Shown here: positions 9,232-16,704 of the stretch, piece after piece
How positions within the stretch are numbered: position 1 is the first letter of the stretch
Layout of the letters: each line of letters opens with the position of its first letter
Source: an uncultured virus (IMG/VR IMGVR_UViG_2710724122_000003)
Taxonomy: Duplodnaviria > Heunggongvirae > Uroviricota > Caudoviricetes
Virus record (IMG/VR): IMGVR_UViG_2710724122_000003
Coordinates: 52,066 to 72,065 of that record
Length of the DNA stretch: 20,000 bases
Direction: 5' to 3' (one strand)
The notes under the pieces: generated by a model
Database searches by the model: none
The model's input: only the letters and a program-made list of their open reading frames with translations
What the model was told of the DNA's origin: nothing
Position numbers and translations under genes: made by a program

Positions 9232-9642
9232 ATGGTATTTATTATGGTTAAATATGGATATGGCGGTTCTGAAGAAGCTTTATATCTACAAGCTTATGAT
9301 TTAGCTGAGTCAGGTCATCCTACATTATTATTTAGTTTTGAGTCGGCTACGATTAAGTTAGTGAAAATACTTATGTCGCACAAACTGAAGATTGAAATAG
9401 ACGATCTTGATCTAACTGATGATGCTTTAGTTGACAGGTTTACACAACGTACAGAAGCGTTACAAGCTCCATTCAGATATGTAGATGAAGTAAGCTTGTC
9501 ACTGCAGGAAATCAGTGACATAATTTCAAAAAACAAAGCATCCCATAAAATTACTCATGTTGTCTTTGATCGTGTGAACCCGCAAGACAGCAATGCAATA
9601 AATCAACTTGGTTTGAAGCTTAATGTAATTATTAAATACTAA
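9232..9642 (+). CDS. Small DnaB-C/RecA-like domain protein with degenerate Walker A
   Basis: GGSEEALYLQAYDLAESGHPTLLFSFES parallels DnaB GxGKTxxxxxxAxxxxxxxxVLFFSLEM. YVDEVSLSLQEI and THVVFDRV parallel IDDxxxxSIxEI and LIVIDYL. Start may be ATG 9244. Confidence 0.5.
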   Translation: MVFIMVKYGYGGSEEALYLQAYDLAESGHPTLLFSFESATIKLVKILMSHKLKIEIDDLDLTDDALVDRFTQRTEALQAPFRYVDEVSLSLQEISDIISKNKASHKITHVVFDRVNPQDSNAINQLGLKLNVIIKY

Positions 9643-9727
9643 TTAATATCGATGATCCAGACAGACGATTGAAAGTTGCGATTGCAGTACTGGAATTAAA
9701 CAACAAATAAAAACAGTTCCAATTAGA

Positions 9728-9754
9728 GAAAGACACCTTAGGGTGTCTTTTTTT
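9728..9754 (+). terminator. Terminator matching the 3' hairpin of the array repeat
   Basis: GAAAGACACC-TTAG-GGTGTCTTTTTTT. Confidence 0.75.
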
Positions 9755-9811
9755 AGTGGACAAACCAATATAAATTGTATTATAAAAATAATAGGATAAA
9801 AAGAAAGGTAA

Positions 9812-10021
9812 GTGAACATCATAATTAATTTTGAACCATTTAACCCAACTATAAATGACATAGCGATCAAACTTGCTATGGTATTGTTTATACCGTTATT
9901 CTTAGCATTGATTGTCAAAGTGATACTTATGAAATTTATGAAAGAATCGATTGCTGGCAGACTAGCATATCTATCTTGTTTGTTTTTTATGTACTATGTA
10001 TTTAAATTTGTTACAGAGTAG
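9812..10021 (+). CDS. Small two-TM membrane protein
   Basis: 69 aa, GTG start after AAAGGT, two hydrophobic segments, followed by a degenerate GCAC/GTGTCTTTT hairpin. Confidence 0.6.
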   Translation: MNIIINFEPFNPTINDIAIKLAMVLFIPLFLALIVKVILMKFMKESIAGRLAYLSCLFFMYYVFKFVTE

Positions 10022-10106
10022 AAATGCACCATATAGTGTCTTTTCTTTATTAAACATACGTTATATCATTTCAAATAAATAGATTTATATTAGAAAGGAA
10101 TATATT

Positions 10107-10340
10107 ATGGATTTTCAAGTAAATATACCAAGCCCCTTCCAAGCAATTCCTGAGAGTGCAGTGATTATTTTCTGGATTTTTATCTTGTTAGGTGCAGCAC
10201 TATTAATTTTCTCAAATTGGATACAAGGTGTAATTCCTTATCAAACTAGACAATACATTAAAATTGGTTTTATGATACTGACACTTGTATTTATCATACT
10301 AGCAATTATAAAACCTGAATATATTACAGCTTTATTTTAA
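10107..10340 (+). CDS. Small two-TM membrane protein
   Basis: 77 aa, RBS AAAGGA, two hydrophobic helices. Confidence 0.65.
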   Translation: MDFQVNIPSPFQAIPESAVIIFWIFILLGAALLIFSNWIQGVIPYQTRQYIKIGFMILTLVFIILAIIKPEYITALF

Positions 10341-10396
10341 AAGTAGTTATGAGGATATTCTTTCCTTAATCAAATTACGGCTTTAAGGTTATATAA

Positions 10397-10427
10397 AAAG
10401 AGTAGTAAAATTAAAATACTACTCTTT
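10397..10427. terminator. Terminator-like inverted repeat
   Basis: AAAGAGTAGTA ... TACTACTCTTT, 11-bp arms. Confidence 0.6.
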
Positions 10428-10567
10428 AAAAATCCATATAATAGGGGGGATTACAGATGAAAGGGAATAATTTAAATTGGACTGATATGTTTCAATAATC
10501 GTTCCATATGTTAATAAAGTTTCTTTCATCCTTAGATTAGATAGCCTCTCGAAATATTAAGTCACAT

Positions 10568-11737
10568 TTACTTAATAACTTCATTAAGCCATTCGGGTTT
10601 GATTTGTTCACCTTGAACCAACCGTAACTCCCTAAACAAAAAAACTAAATCCGCCCCTGAAAATAGCTTTACAGGATATCCATCCTGATATACTTCCTCC
10701 TGAGCCTGTTTTGTATAATATGAAGTTGTAACAAAGATACCATATTGTCCACGAGATAACCGTGCCACTAAGCGTGATAGGTGCCTTGGCTCAACCCTAG
10801 TTTTCCTGTCAAATCTTTTTGCTTCCCCCAGAAAATTTATATCATAGGCCAAGGGATATGGTAAGCTAAAATGCCCTATAAAATCGAATCCCCCATCTTT
10901 AGTCGGCCTTGTTTGCGTAATAGAGTGAGTTACATCTTTTAACTGTCGAAATAAAGCTACCGTTACTGCTTCAAATTGTATTGGAGATAGCGAAACTAAC
11001 TGTTCCAATATTTTAGCATCTGGACTTCCTTCTTTGGGTAATTGACTATCTAGAGTTCTTATTTTATTTTTCCATACATGCAATTTGTTTATTTTGCCAT
11101 TTTTGTATTCTCTCCATGAAGAAGGTGCATCCTCATCTATAACTTTGATCTCCTCAAAATCATTTGCTCTTGCTCGATTATGTAACCAAGTAATATCTAC
11201 TTCTTCAATATCAAGTATTGATAGGTGACATCTATAATTTTTTATTGGTAAACCACTTTTATTATCTACAAACCAAGTAAGTTCAAGTTTATCTAATATA
11301 CAAAGTCCATTAAACCTAACAATTCCCGTCCTTGTTTTTGAAAAATGTAGTATTGGGGGGACATGCTTAAAATTACCATCTAATATTAAATGATTGATAA
11401 CTTCAAGCGTTTTATTTCCTTCAAAGTCATCATATCTCTTTTCATAATTGAATTTTGCATCACCCCAATATAAAATTTCTCCCTCAGATAAATCTACAAT
11501 ATCATGCCAGGGATTACTTTCCCCCGAGTTTGTATCACTTGTCACCAATATTAGATATGCAGGTGCATCACTAAATCGGGATACATATTTTAAAGGGCGA
11601 ATCCCTGGCGAATTTCTCATACCACTGTTCTTTATGTTTATCCAACGTGAAAACTGGTCTTCTTCATTACGGGTTGAAGCTTTATCTATGTATTCATGTC
11701 CTAACCTATATAAGTTTCCCAACATAATTGCCCCCAT
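10568..11737 (-). CDS. AspBHI/MspJI-like modification-dependent (type IV) restriction endonuclease: SRA-like N-domain + Mrr catalytic domain
   Basis: N-terminal GIRP, NPWHD, YWGDAK, PPILHF, RFNGLC. C-terminal FEAVT, TKDGGFDFIG, EAKR, LVARL, GIFVTTS, QAQEE. No cognate methyltransferase in the window. Confidence 0.85.
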   Translation of the reverse strand: MGAIMLGNLYRLGHEYIDKASTRNEEDQFSRWINIKNSGMRNSPGIRPLKYVSRFSDAPAYLILVTSDTNSGESNPWHDIVDLSEGEILYWGDAKFNYEKRYDDFEGNKTLEVINHLILDGNFKHVPPILHFSKTRTGIVRFNGLCILDKLELTWFVDNKSGLPIKNYRCHLSILDIEEVDITWLHNRARANDFEEIKVIDEDAPSSWREYKNGKINKLHVWKNKIRTLDSQLPKEGSPDAKILEQLVSLSPIQFEAVTVALFRQLKDVTHSITQTRPTKDGGFDFIGHFSLPYPLAYDINFLGEAKRFDRKTRVEPRHLSRLVARLSRGQYGIFVTTSYYTKQAQEEVYQDGYPVKLFSGADLVFLFRELRLVQGEQIKPEWLNEVIK

Positions 11738-12124
11738 TGACGAGTTATTCTTTTTATAAGACTATCTTTATTAAAAAAACAAGATTAAAAACTCCTTATA
11801 TTTTAACAGGAAAATCACACCATAATAATATTGTTTTTTTTAAATATAAAAAGTAAAGCATCTTTTAAATACTAACCTCATAAAAACTGTATACCGCGTA
11901 CCTACAATCCCCCACCGCAGCGATACGAATTTAAGAACCGATTTCTTCCCCCAAAACGATAAGAATGAACTTCGGTGTTATTAAAACACCAAATTTCCGT
12001 TTAGGTGTACTTTAAAATTTTAGCTTGATAGGTATTTCTGTACCCCACTAACAACCCAAACTAAATAGATATAGTAATTACTTGATTAATGTAAGGTTGT
12101 ATAGTTAATTTGAATTTAAATAAA

Positions 12125-12179
12125 AAACCAAAACCCTATTAAATCCACAACAAACGTTGATTTAATAGGGTTTTGGTTT
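12125..12179. repeat. Perfect 21-bp inverted repeat with 13-nt loop
   Basis: AAACCAAAACCCTATTAAATC (12125-12145) / GATTTAATAGGGTTTTGGTTT (12159-12179). Confidence 0.9.
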
Positions 12180-12209
12180 AAAAATAAAATCAGCAAAAAA
12201 AATAACCTA

Positions 12210-12238
12210 TTGCATTTAATATACCTACATTGTATACT
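12210..12238 (+). promoter_or_regulatory. sigmaA-type promoter for the two-gene reader/HNH unit
   Basis: TTGCAT, 17 bp, TATACT. Confidence 0.65.
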
Positions 12239-12376
12239 GAGTTCATCAAGTTGATACACAAAAAAACTTGTTTTTAACAATAGACTTCCATCGAAAAGTC
12301 TATAACAACAACACCTTCATACACTGCCATGTATGTGAGTTGGTGTTGCACACAAATATTAGGAGGTAACATTAAA

Positions 12377-12901
12377 ATGCAATTATATCAAAATGAAGAA
12401 TTAAGAAGCAAGAAAATAGGACTTGTGCTACAACCATTAGGTCAACAAGGCAATGAAGAACTTACAATACTTAAAGCAGTTCATTTAGACGATATAGCCG
12501 AGGCTTTAACAGATGTACAATATACATATTTAGAAAAAATGTTCCCAAATAAGAAATTTCTAATTTGGGGAGTACACGATCGCGGAATTACAGCTAGTCG
12601 GTATAATCTAATTGAAAATTATTTTCACGTTCTTTTTTATAAGCAACGTAATTATTTTTTACGTGCAAAAATAGCTTGTAAGTTCCATAATCCAAAAGTA
12701 GCAAGCACTCTCTGGGAAAAAGAGCAGGATGAAAAAGGTCGCAATTTTAACAACTTATATTTTTGCCCTGTTGAATCATTAGAGAATATCAATTTATCTG
12801 TATTTGAAGTGAATGAAGTATTAGAATCAAAGCAAGATAGATTATATGGTATGAAAGTTTGTGTTGATGAAGAAGCAACGGCTTTATTGAAATTACTATA
12901 A
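12377..12901 (+). CDS. Stand-alone PUA/EVE-like domain protein, paralogous to the middle domain of the next gene
   Basis: RBS AGGAGG at 12361-12366 puts the start at ATG 12377. IWGV...VLFY...AKIACKFHNPKVASTLWE...LYF aligns with VWGV...VLFY...AIVAYKIHSPKLSEYLWE...IYF of 12978..14249. Confidence 0.6.
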   Translation: MQLYQNEELRSKKIGLVLQPLGQQGNEELTILKAVHLDDIAEALTDVQYTYLEKMFPNKKFLIWGVHDRGITASRYNLIENYFHVLFYKQRNYFLRAKIACKFHNPKVASTLWEKEQDEKGRNFNNLYFCPVESLENINLSVFEVNEVLESKQDRLYGMKVCVDEEATALLKLL

Positions 12902-12907
12902 ATATAC

Positions 12908-12947
12908 AAAATCGTGACCAAGGACCTAATTCTCTGGTCACGATTTT
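12908..12947 (+). terminator. Intergenic hairpin (terminator or attenuator-like)
   Basis: AAAATCGTGACCA / TGGTCACGATTTT, 13-bp arms between the two genes. Confidence 0.6.
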
Positions 12948-12977
12948 ATACTAGAAGTACTAAAAGGAGCAATTTAA

Positions 12978-14249
12978 ATGACAGAAATAATGACAGGCTT
13001 ACGTTATTTAATGAATGTCAAAGGGCAAAAAAATAAAGATATTGCGAAGATCCTTGGCATCTCTACCCAAGCAGTTTCACTATGGACAAAGAAAGGCACT
13101 ATTCCCAATAAACATTTAGAAAGACTCGCAAATCACTATAAAGTATCCCAAGAGTATTTAGTAAATCCACTCACTGCTGATACAATTAGTGTCATTGAAA
13201 AAGATGCAACGCCAATGATGCAAATTGTCCATAATGGACTTAACATGTATGGAGATTTTAATGTTGTGCTGCAGCCAACCAGTGATAAAATAGCGCGTAC
13301 AAATTATGAGAATACAGTTCGTAAACTGCGAAATATTGAGGAATTTTCTGAGTATGTGAAAATAAACGAGCTAACTGATTTGCATACGATCTTTCCAGAA
13401 GGACAATGCGCCGTTTGGGGTGTAAAGTCGGGTACCAATGACACAACAAAAAAGCAATACAATAAACTAAATCTCGGTGATTTCGTACTATTTTATCAAG
13501 ATAAACATTTTTATAACCGTGCAATTGTAGCATATAAAATACATTCACCTAAACTAAGTGAATATTTATGGGAAACCTCTATTTTTGAACACATATACTT
13601 TCTACAGGATGTTCAACCATATAACTTATCCGTTGTACGATTTAATGAAATTGTATATGGAAAATCAGAAGATTTCCCAGTAATGGCATTCCGCGTTTTA
13701 AACCGTGAACAAAGTTTACAGATTATTGATGCATTTGATATTGAAGCTGATTATTCTCCAACTAAATTAACTGACAGAAAACAATCTCGTGAAGATATTT
13801 TGAAAGCACTGTTAAATTTAGAAAATAATAAAGAACTTGACCGTGATACAAAACGAAAATATCGCATTGAACAAAGTTTATTACGTGAATTTTTATTTAA
13901 TGGAAAAGAAGAAGTTACATGTGCCTGCTGCCAAACAAAACTTTCACCAGAATTTTTTGCAACAGCTCATATTAAAAAACGCTCACACTGTTCAACAGAA
14001 GAAAAACTAGATGTCAATGTTGTAATGCCTCTTTGCTACTTAGGATGCGACATGCTGTTTGAAAAAGGTCTACTTGTCGTCAATTCACATGGTCATTTCC
14101 AACGTACTGATGTAATAAATAAAAAGGTTACCTATGAAGGACGTTTAGGCACATTGCTTGCAAAGTATGACCAAAGACCTTGTTCTTATTGGAACAAAGA
14201 AACAGCCCAATATTATCAGTGGCATTACAAACACCATATAATGAAATAA
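12978..14249 (+). CDS. XRE-HTH + PUA/EVE-like + HNH endonuclease (probable modification-dependent restriction nuclease)
   Basis: N-terminal KNKDIAKILGISTQAVSLW...IP...LERLANHYKVS (XRE HTH). Central WGV/GDFVLFY domain. C-terminal RIEQSLLR, CACC, AHIKKRS, LCYLGCDMLFEKG (HNH). RBS AAGGAG. Confidence 0.8.
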   Translation: MTEIMTGLRYLMNVKGQKNKDIAKILGISTQAVSLWTKKGTIPNKHLERLANHYKVSQEYLVNPLTADTISVIEKDATPMMQIVHNGLNMYGDFNVVLQPTSDKIARTNYENTVRKLRNIEEFSEYVKINELTDLHTIFPEGQCAVWGVKSGTNDTTKKQYNKLNLGDFVLFYQDKHFYNRAIVAYKIHSPKLSEYLWETSIFEHIYFLQDVQPYNLSVVRFNEIVYGKSEDFPVMAFRVLNREQSLQIIDAFDIEADYSPTKLTDRKQSREDILKALLNLENNKELDRDTKRKYRIEQSLLREFLFNGKEEVTCACCQTKLSPEFFATAHIKKRSHCSTEEKLDVNVVMPLCYLGCDMLFEKGLLVVNSHGHFQRTDVINKKVTYEGRLGTLLAKYDQRPCSYWNKETAQYYQWHYKHHIMK

Positions 14250-14347
14250 AAAAGCTACAATAAGTCTTTGTATAAAAGATGAAGCCAAATCATGCAATAA
14301 GCATTAGCGGACATTAAAAATAATAAAAAACAGAATAATTGAAGCGA

Positions 14348-14430
14348 TAAAATAATATTTGGATTGGCATCCGATACCATATTATGATGGTTCAAGTCGC
14401 AGGAAGGCACCTTAGGGTGTCTTTTCTTTT
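14348..14430 (+). repeat. Array repeat copy 1 (internally shortened)
   Basis: TAAAATAATATTTGGATTGGCATCCGATACCATATTAT-GATGGTTCAAGTCGCAGGAAGGCACCTTAGGGTGTCTTTTCTTTT. Confidence 0.85.
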
Positions 14431-14439
14431 TTCTTAAAA

Positions 14440-14476
14440 GGGGCTTTCCAGCACTTCGGAAAAAAAGCACGCTAAG
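14440..14476 (+). repeat. Tn4430-like left terminal inverted repeat
   Basis: GGGGCTTTCCAGCACTTCGGAAAAAAAGCACGCTAAG versus Tn4430 IR as I recall it, GGGGTACCGCCAGCATTTCGGAAAAAAACCACGCTAAG. Has the Tn3-family GGGG...CGCTAAG pattern. Confidence 0.8.
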
Positions 14477-14575
14477 AGTATGCATGATTTTATACAGTTT
14501 TTCAGCTAATCCAGTAACAAACGAGAACTCTAAATCCGCGCCAGGATAGGAATGTATAAAAAAATGAATAGAGTG

Positions 14576-14615
14576 AAAAGGCGGATTCCTTGTGAAATTA
14601 GGGATCTGCCTTTTT
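14576..14615 (+). terminator. Intrinsic terminator just before dif-like site 1
   Basis: AAAAGGCGGATTCCT...AGGGATCTGCCTTTTT. Confidence 0.65.
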
Positions 14616-14619
14616 CCTT

Positions 14620-14648
14620 GCTACCAATAATGAGACGTTATGTTAACC
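14620..14648 (+). other. Xer/dif-like recombination site 1
   Basis: GCTACCAATAA-TGAGACG-TTATGTTAACC. Arms match B. subtilis dif (ACTTCCTAGAA-TATATA-TTATGTAAACT) at 7/11 and 9/11, with a 7-bp centre. Confidence 0.7.
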
Positions 14649-14815
14649 GAGTATGTATACAATATTCAACCGAAAACAAACAACATATCACCTCTCTCAA
14701 ATGGTAAAATAGGGAAAAGGGATATTCTAAATAATACCTTTAGAAACCACTCTTTATCACATAGGAGTTACCAAAAAAAGAGATGAAAAAGAAAAAAAGT
14801 AAAGGGGGGGCATAA

Positions 14816-14998
14816 GTGAAATATATTAATGGATTGTACATATCACTTATATTGATGATGTTCATTAATTTACTTAATATTACAATGTTTGATAATAAAT
14901 ACTCAGGGATAACAATGTATATCTCTTCCGTTATATTCACAATTGGAAGCGCATTTTTCATAAATGCAAAACGGCTTAAAATTAGTGAGAAAAAATAA
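14816..14998 (+). CDS. Small two-TM membrane protein (cassette 1 cargo)
   Basis: 60 aa, GTG after a G-rich RBS, extended -10 TGGTAAAAT at 14702-14710, hairpin AAGTCCT...AGGACTT at 15024-15054. Confidence 0.6.
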   Translation: MKYINGLYISLILMMFINLLNITMFDNKYSGITMYISSVIFTIGSAFFINAKRLKISEKK

Positions 14999-15077
14999 AA
15001 CCTCTTGCAACTCAAAATCACTTAAGTCCTCCAGTTAAACAATCTGAAGGACTTTTAATAGTTTTCTAAATACATTG

Positions 15078-15106
15078 AGTCCCGATAATGTTGCGTTATG
15101 TTAACC
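15078..15106 (+). other. Xer/dif-like recombination site 2
   Basis: AGTCCCGATAA-TGTTGCG-TTATGTTAACC. Arms 7/11 and 9/11 to B. subtilis dif, 7-bp centre, right arm identical to site 1. Confidence 0.7.
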
Positions 15107-15185
15107 TTACATGAATATCCTATGCATCCAAATTTGCACAAAGTTGTCCTTGCTAATGATACAATTAGGATAACGGAGGGATATT

Positions 15186-15494
15186 ATGAGTTATATCGAA
15201 TTTTATGGAATACCGTTTCTTATAATCGGTACTGGAATATTCGTAATTATCAAGGCTGATTCACCCAAAATTAGGGCTAGAAATCTATCATTCGTAATGA
15301 TCTGTTTAGGGATAAATATACTCGCAATTCCAATGGATTTATTTATAAGTATGATGGCAACAGTTTCTCCATATAGTACTGAACTTGATTTTTGGATAGG
15401 AATTTTTTTTACTCAGGGAATACCGCTCCTCATACTACTTGTAGCTTTGATAAAGTGGTTTATCCGCAAGGGCAAAGAAAAAATCGACACATAG
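15186..15494 (+). CDS. Three-TM membrane protein (cassette 2 cargo)
   Basis: 102 aa, RBS GGAGG, extended -10 TGATACAAT at 15157-15165, stop 12 bp before dif-like site 3. Confidence 0.7.
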   Translation: MSYIEFYGIPFLIIGTGIFVIIKADSPKIRARNLSFVMICLGINILAIPMDLFISMMATVSPYSTELDFWIGIFFTQGIPLLILLVALIKWFIRKGKEKIDT

Positions 15495-15506
15495 AATTTT
15501 AAAATG

Positions 15507-15534
15507 ACTTCCACTAACGATAATTATGTAAATA
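15507..15534 (+). other. Xer/dif-like recombination site 3
   Basis: ACTTCCACTAA-CGATAA-TTATGTAAATA. Arms 8/11 and 9/11 to B. subtilis dif, canonical 6-bp centre. Followed by hairpin AATAAGCTGTCC-ATAT-GGGCAGCTTATT. Confidence 0.75.
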
Positions 15535-15568
15535 AGCTGTCCATATGGGCAGCTTATTGTATTTTCTG

Positions 15569-15584
15569 CTTAGCGTGTTTTTCC
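15569..15584 (-). repeat. Partial right terminal IR (inner half)
   Basis: CTTAGCGTGTTTTTCC is the reverse complement of GGAAAAACACGCTAAG, matching the inner half of the left IR. The outer ...CCCC end is missing. Confidence 0.6.
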
Positions 15585-15673
15585 ATCTCTCCTTATTAAT
15601 CTAGGCAGAATAATATTTATAACAATAATAGGTAGTAGGTACTCTTAGGTAGATGGCGATATGATGATACCCC

Positions 15674-15787
15674 TCAATGAACAAAACAATTTAACATGGT
15701 AAAATAATATTCGGCTTGGCATCCAATACATATTATTAAAATTAAGATGGTTCAAGTCGGAGGAAGGCACCTTAGGGTGTCTTTTTT
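15674..15787 (+). repeat. Array repeat copy 2
   Basis: TCAATG...TTAACATGGTAAAATAATATTCGGCTTGGCATCCAATACATATTATTAAAATTAAGATGGTTCAAGTCGGAGGAAGGCACCTTAGGGTGTCTTTTTT. Confidence 0.9.
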
Positions 15788-16021
15788 CGGTAATTATATT
15801 AATCATTTGTAATGCATTCAAAGAGTTTATAAGAAGCTTGATGGACGTCAACAAGGGCGATTCGCTAAACAATTAGCTTTATATGTCAAAATGTTACGTG
15901 ATAACAAAAACATACTGTGATTTTACTTTATAAGAAATTTTTTCAATGAATAACGGTAAAATTTAACAATATTTTACCGTTTATACCAGTGGGGGCTACG
16001 GCTCTCTATTTTTTATTTTCG

Positions 16022-16087
16022 TTCGACAAAATATGACAAACTTGTTGTAACTGTTTCTGTTATGATAGTTTCGGAAATCTTACATTT
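16022..16087 (+). promoter_or_regulatory. Promoter module with tandem Spo0A-box-like motifs
   Basis: TTCGACA (reverse complement of the 0A box TGTCGAA), then TATGACA 10 bp later, extended -10 TGTTATGAT, and AATCTTACATTT. Confidence 0.6.
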
Positions 16088-16108
16088 TATCATTGGAGGA
16101 ACTACATA

Positions 16109-16702
16109 ATGGGTAAAATTTTTAAGTTTGGGTGTTTAGGATTTATTGCTTTAATCGTACTTGGTGCTATTGCGGCGGCATTAGGTGGCGGAGACGACGA
16201 GAAAGAAAAAGCTTCTTCTGAGCCAAAGCAAGAAACACAAGCGCCAGCTGCTAAAGAAGAGCCTAAGAAGCAAGAGGCTAAGAAAGAAGAACCTAAAAAG
16301 GAACTTTCTAAAGCAGGCGAGTCTTCTAAAGTTAAAATCGCTGTAGGTTCTGTTGAATCAATTGATTCAGTAGGTGGAGAATATTTAAAAGAAAAAGCAC
16401 AAGGCGTGTTTAAAGTAGTCGAAATTACTATTACAAACAATCAAAAAGATGCTATCACTGTTGATGCTAACAGTTTTAAATTAGTTGATAATAAAGATCG
16501 TGAATTTACTTACTCTACACAAGCTCAAACTGCTTTCGATGTAGGTAATGGTGGAAGTTCTGATTTCTTCTTAAAACAACTTAACCCTGGTTTATCTCAA
16601 ACAGGAAAAATCATCTTCGATGTTCCTGCTGACGCACAGGGATTAGTGTTAAAAGCTCGTGGCGGTATGATGGGTAAAGAAATTAAGTTAAAAGTAGAAT
16701 AG
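16109..16702 (+). CDS. DUF4352-domain membrane-anchored surface protein (Ig-like)
   Basis: N-terminal TM, KEEPKK low-complexity linker, AQGVFKVVEITITNNQKDAITVDANSFKLVD...LNPGLSQTGKIIFDVP. RBS GGAGG. Confidence 0.85.
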   Translation: MGKIFKFGCLGFIALIVLGAIAAALGGGDDEKEKASSEPKQETQAPAAKEEPKKQEAKKEEPKKELSKAGESSKVKIAVGSVESIDSVGGEYLKEKAQGVFKVVEITITNNQKDAITVDANSFKLVDNKDREFTYSTQAQTAFDVGNGGSSDFFLKQLNPGLSQTGKIIFDVPADAQGLVLKARGGMMGKEIKLKVE

Positions 16703-16704
16703 TT

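Larger units (their letters stand above)
14440..15584. mobile_element. Non-autonomous Tn3-family (Tn4430-like) element carrying two cassettes delimited by dif-like sites
   Basis: Left IR nearly intact, inner half of the right IR in inverted orientation, no transposase or resolvase, three dif-like sites inside. Confidence 0.65.

Noticed and set aside
12329..12376. Longer N-terminus of the 190-aa ORF
   Set aside because: The strong RBS AGGAGG lies inside this stretch and points to ATG 12377; the upstream ATG is within a leader hairpin.
14652..14669. Palindromes next to the dif-like sites as PlcR boxes
   Set aside because: The spacing does not fit TATGnAnnnnTnCATA.
15507..15534. Site 3 as the chromosomal dif locus
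   Set aside because: The centre is CGATAA rather than TATATA, it lies inside transposon-like ends with two sister sites, and no core genes surround it.
14435..15612. 5-bp target-site duplication around the Tn4430-like element
   Set aside because: The outer half of the right IR is missing, so no duplication can be assigned; the element is probably immobile now.
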